A stretch of 64,000 nucleotides of DNA from Utricularia gibba (Eukaryota; Plantae; Magnoliophyta). Where the stretch lies: the NCBI GenBank assembly GCA_002189035.1, contig CM007991.1, positions 4,836,001 through 4,900,000 on the forward strand. Direction: 5' to 3'. The first letter of the stretch is position 1. Each line of letters begins with the position of its first letter. The notes under the pieces were generated by a model. That model was not told the DNA's origin. It worked only from the letters and a program-made list of their open reading frames with translations, and searched no databases. Below are positions 11,885-21,681 of this stretch, in pieces. Made by a program: the position numbers and the translations under genes.

Positions 11885-13166
11885 ATGGATTTTTTCACGG
11901 AGGGTCATGTCATCTTGAGTGCGGCAGCGGCAATTTTGACTGAATACTTGGTGCAGATGAATGTGTTAGTATACTTACATTCAAGGAAATACCGTAGGGG
12001 ATATAGGCTGAGACGCAAGTATTCACTTACACACAAGATTCCTAGACAAGTTGAGTTTATTAGTAGGTTGGTGAGTGATGTGAACAACGCATCAATTGAG
12101 AATTTGAGAATCAGCCGAGATGCGTTGGGTGTTTTATGTAGTCTATTAGAAAATCGTTCTAATATTAGGTTTGCATGTTTTTAGGAATATTAGGTCATCA
12201 TAAAAAAATGCGGGTGCAGAAGCATACCTACGGGAGGAGCACCGAGACTGTGTCTGTGAAAATGCGGTGCTCTGCCTCCATGAGGTGCTGTTAGAGACCC
12301 CGGTAGTCGCTACAAAATGTGCATCCGAAGGAAAGTTTAAACACTTCCAGGTTGACACATCTTTCATGCTTATTTTTACGAATGTGTATCCTAAAATTGA
12401 TTATGCATTTGTAGGGTTGTGTTGGAGCCCTAGATCGCACATACATCGGTATAGAAATCGAAAGGGGGTGATATCCACCAACGTGTTGGGTGTATGTGAT
12501 GAACAAATGAAATTTATATATGTGCTTGCCGGGTGGGAGGGGTCTGCTGCAGATAGTCGGGTGCTCAACGATGCACTATCACGATCCAACGGTTTCCGTG
12601 TACGCGCAGGTATTTAACTTGTTTAGCCCTTGCGCATGTGATTCCAATGATTTTTTGCACCTGGTATACGTGATGACACAGGAACATATTATCTATGTGA
12701 CAATGGATACGCCAATAGAGAGGGCTTTTTGGCACCATACCGTGGAGTCCGTTACCACTTGAAGGAGTGGGGCCAGGGAAATGGAGCACCCCAGAATGCG
12801 AAGGAGTTATTCAACATGCGGCATGCATCAGCCAGAAATGTTATTGAACGAGCTTGGGGCATGATGAAGATGCGGTGGGGTATACTACGGACGGCTAGCT
12901 ACTATTCTGTAGACACACAGACCCGCATTGTATTGACATGTGCTTTACTTCATAACCACATTCGAAAGGAGATGGTGGTCGATCCCCTGGAGGATCAAGT
13001 CCCATTGGACTTCCAAGATGAAGCTGGGGACACGAGCTATCCAGAAGATGTCACGACATCTACCGGAGGGAATCAAGCATGGAATAGCTGGCGTGATCAG
13101 AAGCCGAGGGGATGTACACAGAGTGGCTGGCATCCCGCAGGCGCCACTAGTGTAACACTGTTTTAG
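11885..13166 (+). pseudogene. PIF/Harbinger DDE transposase (DDE_Tnp_4/HARBI1-like), multi-exon, with deletions
   Basis: GCVGALDRT, RYRNRKG..TNVLGVCD, AGWEGSAADSRVL, YYLCDNGY, YHLKEW, FNMRHASARNVIERAWG, ALLHNHIR. GT-AG introns near 12350-12413 and 12610-12680. Confidence 0.92.
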
Positions 13167-13842
13167 ACATTGTCATGGTAGTGGTTATCCTTAATTCCCG
13201 TATCGAACCTACCGTGTCGTTTGCACTCCAACTTGAACTTGAAATTGCAAAGTATTTGGTAGTTGATGCACAAATTGTTGGCATTGTACCATAGTATCGT
13301 GTGTTACCATGGTAACACACAGTGGATCATTGGAGCCAACACCGCGATCCTCATTTGAGGTGCTATAGAGGCTTGTACGACACCAACGTTGTGGGCAGCA
13401 CCATGTGTTTCATTGTATCCAGTGCTCATAAAAATTAAAGATGAAATACGTGTGAAGCTGATGCATAGTAGTGAGGGTATTTGGTATTTGACCGAACACC
13501 GCAAACCGTAATATGCGGTGCTTCTGTACGCTTGGGCTATGCCGCGTTCAGTGCTGCACCGAATGTTTCCTCGTATCTGGTGCTGTCAAAATTTAGAAGT
13601 ATATGTGTATGTAGCTGGTACATGTTAGCATGGGTGATTGGTAGTACAATAATACTCCATTTGACGCAACACCGCGCTCCGTAATATGCTGTGTTTCTAA
13701 ATGCCTGAGGTACGCTATGCATTCCACAGCACCGCGAAAACATAATCCGCTGTTCTGAGTTCCAAAAACAAAATGCCATAAAATATTGCAGTTATCCAGC
13801 ATTAAATGAAACACCAACGTTAAATGAAACATAAAATGCGCA

Positions 13843-15271
13843 TATGATGATTGGTGACTAGTTTTGTATGGGTATGCCCACTCACCGCTGCAGAATGGCC
13901 AACAACGTTGACATTGTCAGAGAATGTGGGACACCCATAAGGTAATCATAAACAATTACTTCGGATATTCACACGTATTGTTGAACAGTACTCATGTTTT
14001 TTTTTTGTTTGCGTTGTAGGCATAGAGGTATTGCCAAAACGTGCGGCAAGGAGGTTTGTGAATTTATTCTCTTGCAGAACAAAGTCCTTGGTGGACGTCT
14101 TGCCCCCCTTCATCAATGCCCTTAGGACACATCATTTGTGGTGCGGAACCCCTCGACACCGTAGACAACGTGGGAGTACAAATGATGATCTTGAGGAGGT
14201 GACCCATGAAGAGGATGAAGATGTGCAGCTAGAAGTCGGGGGCAACACGGAGGGGCCAACACCGATTTCGACACACGACGACGGGTGCGGTGCTGCCACT
14301 ACACAGTATATCCAAATGGACAGACTGTATGCAGAGAATCTTGATCTCTATGGTCGGCTTGCATGATATGAAGCAAGGTGGCCATACGGTGGACCATCGA
14401 GTGATAACACGGCCCACCACGGAAGTTGCTTATATTTGACGTGAATGGCGTACTTGCGGACATTATGTATCCTCGCGAAGTCAGATGGGGAGCGCTGAAG
14501 CTGGATGCCGTCATTTACAGGCGAAACAGTAATGCAATGTCATTGATATGCATTTAATATTTGGTGCATGTGTCAGTACTATTTCTTGTGCTTGTAGTGT
14601 ATCTTCGACCAAGTGCACGTGAGTTGATACAGTTTTGCATGGAACACTTTGACGTCACCATCTGGTCTTCAAGAGGGCGGTAAGACTGACCACCTAGCAG
14701 ACAAGGGGGTCCGCATTCCTGCTGACATTTTTTTTTCTGACGACATGTGGCAGTGAACAATTGCATGATGTGATTCAGTGGTTACTAGAGACTGCAGCAG
14801 CCAGCAAGCTCGTCTTCCAATGGGATGGATCCAGGTGTGTGGACACCGGCTATCCGGTGCACGACAACAGGAATAACACAGTTAAGCTTAAGCTTTTGAA
14901 TCATGTATGGGGCGCCAACCAAGAGTTCAAGGGCAAATATCACCGTCTTAATATGCTTCTCATCAATGATGCGCCGTACAAATCACTACACAATCCGGTG
15001 AGTTTCTGGTTGTGCTCATTCTCCACCATCTTGCATCCTATTTCACTTGTTTAGTTTCATTCGACACCTCGAAAATGCCATATTTCCAACCACCTTCAAG
15101 TACACCGCGGTCAATGATTGTTCGCTTGTTCGAGGGGGAGATATTAGGACGTTCCTGGAAGCTCTGATTGACCAAATGGATGTACCCACGCACGTCGATC
15201 GCCATCGGGTAGGTCAACTTCCAATAGATGAGGAACACCCATTGTGGAAGCAATACAAGACTCTTGTGTAA
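13843..15271 (+). pseudogene. Third Harbinger gene: FCP1/NIF-type HAD phosphatase-like protein with remnant N-terminal domain, multi-exon
   Basis: KLLIFDVNGVLAD (14423-14461), VYLRPSARELIQFCMEHFDVTIWSSRG, KLVFQWDGSRCVDTG, MLLINDAPYKSLHNP, AIFP...GGDIRTFLEAL...GQLPIDEEHPLW. gtaat/gtaag/gtgag intron donors. Stop at 14364-14366 and a 1-nt frameshift. Confidence 0.85.
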
Positions 15272-15345
15272 TCGATGGTGCACCTTTGAAATTGCATGGA
15301 TCTTGCGTGAACTATCCTATGTTGACCTTGTTAGTTTTTTATCGA

Positions 15346-15590
15346 CCACTTATCGTAATGGCACCGGATGTTCAGCATCCGGTGCCGTCTCTGGATTTGA
15401 AACCTTGTGTGTAGACGTGGTGCTTCGTAATATGCAACACCAACGCGGTGCTAGTCCACTTATCGCGATACCACCGGATGTTATAACATCCGTTGCGTTC
15501 ACTGGATATGCTTCTTTGTGTCTAGACGTGGTGCTTCGTAATATGCAGCACCAACGCGGTGCTAGTCCATCACTTCTCGATAGCACCGCT
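15346..15590. repeat. ~110-bp tandem repeat (2+ copies) with an 11-bp-stem hairpin
   Basis: ccact unit starts at 15346, 15456 and 15567. ggcaccggatg-ttcag-catccggtgcc at 15360-15386. Confidence 0.85.
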
Positions 15591-15797
15591 ATGAATGGGG
15601 CGGTAGTTGCAGTACAATGTTTGCGGAAAAGTGATCAAGAAGGAAACACCGCGCTCGTTCATACGCGGTTCTTCTAGCTCATGAAGTCAGAACACTGTCT
15701 ACCCTTTGCAATGCTCATGCCAGTTGAAAGGATGAATAGAAGATGAAATACATCTAGTCCATGAGTCTAACATAAGGCGGAGCACCACACAACAGAT

Positions 15798-16850
15798 TTA
15801 AGATCTACGTTCTGATGCTAAACCACGCACAATAAGCTCTCTTTCACAGTCACTGGAGGCAAGGAAGTAGCGCAACCTCGCAGGGTTGGAACTAATTGTC
15901 TCTGCTATGGTAAAACGTTCAATGGCAGTTAATTTCACCGACATACCTCTAATGAACTCCCTGCCTGACGCTGATTATCCACCAACTCCCGCGCTTGCTG
16001 CACCACTGTTAATCCCAAGTGACGTAGCTCTTCGCATGTGCGCACATTAAGCTCCTTCATTTCTTTGATGAACTGCACATCATCGTCGATTCCCCTCGGT
16101 CCCTGCCGCTTCGTCCATTCCGCTGCGACGAGTCGGTGCTGTTGTGTGACTCGGAGTCCCTACTAGGCGTGACGTTCACACCCTCCATAGTGCAACCAAT
16201 TGGGTCACAAGGTGTGTCAGTATACGAGAAGTTCATATCGTGTCCAGTGCTATCCGGGTCCAGAGGGCAATCCGAAGATACTTCCAGATTCTCCCCAACA
16301 TCTTTTATGAATTTCCTCTTCCTGGTCGCATGAACATAGCTCATCGTTTTTTCTCCTGTAGCTCGATCCTTCCCAAAGATTTCCTGCCACTCCATGTAAT
16401 ACGGCCACGCTTTGTGTCTTAGGGTGCGCAGTCTGGGTGCATGCTAACATAATAACACGGTCAGCACCGAATATAACAACGCGACAACAAGGCATACGTA
16501 CCGGATCAATCTCCTTCCAAACCTCATCGTCTGTGTCTACGGTGTAGGTCAGCTCACTGAAACCGGTGCCCGACCTAGATAAAAAATCTACAAGGAGGTA
16601 GTAGTCTTTTTTCTAGGTATGCACCTTGCTAGATATATGCGGGTGTGCGCGAATGTCGGTTCTAGGGCGAAGTTTCAAGAACTCTGTCTCTAACGCTCGG
16701 TGATACCCACCCTAAAACCATTCTCAATTTTCCAGCCTTCTTTCACTATCGGTTTCAAAGCGTGCAACAAGTCTTTCTCCTCATCTGGCTTCCAGGCGCG
16801 TTTCGTTCTCTTGTGAGAGTGTTCCACCACGATTGGGCTGTGCATACCTG
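15798..16850 (-). pseudogene. PIF/Harbinger Myb/SANT-like DNA-binding gene (Myb_DNA-bind_3 type)
   Basis: KRAWKPDEEKDLLHALKPIVKEGWKIENGFRVG, SGTGF..., WQEIFGKDRATG; C-terminus MKELNVRTCEELRHLG...ERRS*. Confidence 0.85.
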
Positions 16851-17389
16851 CAATCTGTGCTGGAGGAAAGAAAACAGCAAGAAAAAAGCACCTACACCGA
16901 GCACTTACCACAAGTAAACCGTAAAATTCACTCAAAATTCAACGGATTTCGAACGACAAACTCTCCGCAACTAAGGGAGTATACAAACTGGACATAACCC
17001 ATGGCTGTTCACTCTCAATTACTGGTGAAATCGAGAGTTCATTTAAATCCAAATAATGTAAACCATCAACCAAACACGATTCCTAAATAAACCAACAAAA
17101 CCGGGTTTCCTAAACCCAAATAAACTAAACCTGGGTTTAGTCCAAACCCAGCAACCAAACATGCCCTGAAGGTTTATGAATTGATTCTGCAAAGGTTGAT
17201 ATAATCACTAATATTACACCACAATGGAATGTAAAAGATGATCCATCTTTGGTCCATGTGGGCTTACTTGAGCACCTACAAATATCCTGCCAAACCCTAA
17301 TTGATTTAGCTTCTACACAAAACTTACAATTGAAAACTAACTGTTTTTATGAATGGACATATACTTATTACTACTATATTTACATTCTA

Positions 17390-19170
17390 GTAAAATATTT
17401 TATGAGATACTTCATCCTGTGAATTTTTGGAATGACAGGAGAAAAGTAGTATACAAAAATCATTTGAAAAAAGACCTGAAATCAGAGGAGCATTGATGAA
17501 TCCCACCAAGATGATGATGAGTATTTGAGAGAATGTTAAGGATGTGACACACGTGGATACTTTTGACATCAAAATTATTTTACTTAGACCAATCACAACG
17601 AGTAAGAGTAAGAAAATTGAAACTACACTCAATAATCTACTCAACCATAGGAGCTCAACTACTTTAAAATGGATTTATCTTAAACCCCAAAACATGCCAT
17701 TATCATTGATGTATTCTATTGGACTCGGTAGGCTTTCTTTTAATTTGGTTTGGGCTTTGTAATGTGATAGCTCAACTCTAGAATATAAAGACTCTATAGA
17801 TGTACTCTTTGAAGGGATCTTTAGCTTATTTCATGAATTTTGTGAGGAATTTCATTTTCTTTGAGTACTTGAACAATCTTAATTTATTAAGCTCTTGAGC
17901 TTGTGGTGTCCAAGGATTATCAGTTCCAATCTCTCTTCAATCTAAATTGTGGCTTTTAATTTACCTTTCCTTCATAGTCTAGATGCAAAAGATTCATTCT
18001 CTTATGGATAGATTTGGGTGGGTTCCTTTCTAATTATCAAAATCACCTCATGTTTATGGGTTGCTAATCTCTTTAAATTAGAGGATTACATCATTTGATA
18101 TCAGAGCTTTGGGATTACTTCTCCTTATGAATATCTTGTTCTCCTTTTAGTTTTTCACTTCCTGTTTATTCCAAAACAAAAAAAGAGAGTCACAGCCTTC
18201 TCGATATTTTAGCCTTTGGCAAAACAAAAAAAAAAAGAAGAAAAAAAAAGGTGCAAAGGAAGTTCATTGAAAAAGAGCTCGTAATTCACACCCAATTTAA
18301 GTAGCAAGAACACCTTAAAGATCAATTTCAAATGTGTAAAAGAGGAGTGTGAAGGCACCCATCACTTGTTATTAAATTGTCACTATCATCCCATTATAAA
18401 ATTCCATTTGTTTCTTGCTCATCTCTCTATTTTATCCTTTTCAACAAGTAATCTATTTCTTGTTTTTCTTTTATCTCAATGATCCATTCCTTGTCATTTA
18501 CTTGTTATTATCATCCCATTTTAAAACCCTCTTTATTTATTACCTTTTCCTCTATCTCATCAACTTTGACAAGCAACATATTTCGGGTTTAGTGTCCATT
18601 CCTCTGATTCATATCCTCTTCTGTTTATTTTTCATCCCTTTTTTTTCATCTAATCCAATAAGCAGCCAGCCATTGACCTTATTTTAATTCAGCCACTCTA
18701 CTTGTCCCTATCTTAACTTAATTATCATTCCTAGCCTCACTTAATCTCATCATAACACCATGACCATTACCACTATGGAAGTGATTTCATTATTGGAATG
18801 CCATGAGATCTAGAATGATGATAGTAAAGAGTGCATAAAGGACTTGAAGCTTGAGGATTAAGTGGTAATAACCGTGAACCTTGAACAGGGTGAAAATGAC
18901 AATGTACATGGTGATATTAATAGTATCAAGATGAAGATACTCAAATTTCAAGGAAATAATGATTCGGATGTGTATCTCCAATAGGAAACTAGAGTAGAAC
19001 ATGTCTTTGATTGTAATAACTTTTTGAAAAAAAAGAAAATCAGAATGGGTTCCATGGAATTCAATAATTATCTTATAATTTGGTGGGATTAATTAGTGAC
19101 TAAAAGAAGGATTGATTCTAAAGAACCAATTCATACTTGGGCTTAGATGAAAAGAATCCTAAGGAAACTA
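17390..19170 (+). mobile_element. CRM-like chromovirus gypsy fragment: LTR end, PBS and gag start
   Basis: catca at 18089-18093 then ttgatatcagagc (tRNA-Met PBS, one mismatch). IKMKILKFQGNNDSDVYLQ*ETRVEHVFDC...IIWWD gag motif. Left boundary approximate. Confidence 0.65.
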
Positions 19171-19249
19171 TCATCATAATGTTATTATGCTTCCCGAGTC
19201 ATATTGGGCTACATGTGTGTGTTGGTTTTATCATGGGTTGAGTATTAAC

Positions 19250-20860
19250 ATGTTGCAGCAATGGTTGGAGCGGACGTGCCAACAGTGAAATGCAGGAGAA
19301 GTGATGATAATATTAAGACCAAAAGATACTGGAAACCTAATGAAGAATGCTTTCTGATCCACGCTCTTAAGGATATCAATTAAATTGGGTGAAAAGCAGA
19401 GAATGCATAAAATAGTTATTTTCTAAATGATTATTATGCATTATTACGTGTTAATTTAGAATTAAGTCATCCAATTAAGAGTAATATTAATAACTATTTT
19501 ATTTTATTAGAAAAATCTAATTATTGTCATTTATATATATTTTTGAATAGTTTTTCATGTGCTTTCACCCAAATTGGCAAGAATCAATCTTGGAGTGTTG
19601 CAACAGACAAGATACTGATATTTCATGATTGATACGTGACTTGGATCCATTGTAGGCAGAAGGGTGACATTGTTCAAGGCTCATGGCTTACGACATGCCA
19701 AAGTCTGCAATAATAATTAAAACTAGTTATTCGGAAAAGACCAATGACAATTGAGGCGAGAAAAATAAAAGAGGAAATGGAATCTCTTTATTAAGAATTG
19801 CATCTCTTAGTTAATATTCATTACTTACGTTGCATTTTGTATTCTAGTATTTCGAAACCCCTTTTTCAAATGCATGATAATTTGTGATAGGTTAACATAA
19901 AACACTTTTCACAAAACTCAATTTCTATTGACACTCGTATTATGCTTTATTTGTTTTCTAAGTTTTTCATAACTAAAATTTGTTGAGAAAATGACACGCA
20001 ATACCCAGTTTAAACATCAGATGCACGCCAAATATGCAATCAAAGATTCATAACTAGAAAAAAAATTACGACACCCTATTTGACTTTCTCAAAGAGTCAA
20101 GTAATAGCTTTAATAACTCTACAAACATGGTAGACCCTAGTGAGGATTTATAGGCGGAGTTCAAATAGGTATTGTTATTCTAATGTGTATGAGTAGATCG
20201 TTCATACAAGATTGTTTAACTGTACAATGAGAAGGTGTAGAACTTGTTGGGGTTTAAGTGCTAGCCCTACTAGCCACATTGGTGCATTATCATTGGGATA
20301 GAACTACTTGAGATTTTGCGGAGTGTGTCCCTAATGCTGCTAATGCAACACACCAAGTTGATAACTCTATGGTTGGATTGCAACAACCAATGCATCTTCT
20401 TGAGTACCCTGAAGTGGAGGCCAACTCGAATAAAAATGGTGACCAGTGATTGCATGATGCATCCTTTGTATATGAAGAGTATCCCTCATCAGGGGAACTT
20501 TTGGAAATCACACAAGTAATTTCTCTACACCGATCTATGGTGACAAGCCTAAGAAGAAAAGGAGGCATGGTCTAGAACTTAATACCTTGATGGAGGAGTT
20601 GAAGGAAATGAGTAACCGAACAAACGATGACATCACACAACTAGGAGAAACTCTTACTACTGAAACCAATGACCTATGGGAGCATAGAAATGCAGCTGTT
20701 GACATCATTAGAGGAATTCCTTTGCAATTAACTACATGCAGTGTTTAGGAATAACTGAGGTCATTTTTAATAAGCCCATAAAACTACAACTTTTTTTGGA
20801 CAGCAAAAGTGTAGAATGCGAGCTTATGGTGGATAGGATTGCAAAAGGCCTATAATATGT
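19250..20860 (+). pseudogene. Harbinger-2 Myb/SANT gene remnant
   Basis: TKRYWKPNEECFLIHALKDI. C-terminus LKEMSNRTNDDITQLG...IIRGIPLQLT matches Harbinger-1 MKELNVRTCEELRHLG...FIRGMSVKLT. Confidence 0.75.
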
Positions 20861-21039
20861 GTTACAACTTCAATTTGACTTTGTGTTTTTCTTTTTTTTA
20901 ATCATATCCACCTATGATATCCATGTATCGTGACGATCATGTTGCTTTCATTGATAATATTACGTTTTGTATTTTTGGTATGAGTAGCATATCTTTGCTT
21001 TTAATTTGCATAACCATACACCTTTATCAAGTGGTGTAA

Positions 21040-21600
21040 TGTGTAGAAGGCACAGTGGCAAGCATCGTCCCTTCTAGGCACCAGAAATATGCAGAGCATT
21101 GCCTGGAAGAGGTGCACCAATTTAGACTGTGTGCATATCACCTGACCTTACCTCCCACATGCATTTTGGAATATTGACTGCACTACATTGCCCTTTAGAG
21201 GCATGTGTCATAGTCTTCTCAACATTGAAAATATGTGGATGCGATGCCTGTAAGAGGTGCACCAATTGAGACCATATGCATAGAACCTAGCCCTATCTCC
21301 CATATGCACTTTGGAATTCACTGCACTACGTTGTCCTTGAAATGTATTTGTCCTAGTCCTCAAGGCACCGGAATTATATAGATTAGGTGTCTAGAAGAGG
21401 TGCACCAACCTACACCATGTGCATAGCAACTGGCCCTGCCTCCCACCTACACTCTTGAGTATTGACCATTGCCCATTAGAGGCATGTGTCCTACTCTTCT
21501 AGGCACCCAAAATATGCAGATGTGATGCCTGGAAGAGGTGCACCAACTAAGACCATGTGTGTAGCACCTGGCCTTGCTTCCCACATGCACTCCGGAATAT
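21040..21600. repeat. ~140-bp tandem repeat, 4 copies
   Basis: ggtgcacc core at 21111, 21256, 21399 and 21537. Confidence 0.85.
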
Positions 21601-21681
21601 TGTTTGGTTTCCATGATTGAAATAGAGTGAATAAAATAGTAGTGTTTAGAAACCCAAACCACTATTACATGTTATGAATGT

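Larger units (their letters stand above)
9077..17166 (+). mobile_element. Composite PIF/Harbinger element (Harbinger-1) with two left ends
   Basis: TIRs gggcgcgtttggttgc (9077), gggcacatttggttgc (11413) and gcaaccaaacatgccc (17151-17166). TGA target duplication at 9074-9076 and 17167-17169. Confidence 0.9.

Noticed and set aside
13895-13941. ATG at 13895 as the start of the third gene (MANNVDIVRECG...)
   Set aside because: A different frame (TSFVWVC...TTLTLSENVG) is the one homologous to Harbinger-2, so this ATG is out of frame.
15346-15590. Repeat-spacer appearance resembling a CRISPR array (also 21040-21600 and 25919-26047)
   Set aside because: Eukaryotic context, and the inter-repeat parts are homologous, so these are ordinary tandem repeats.
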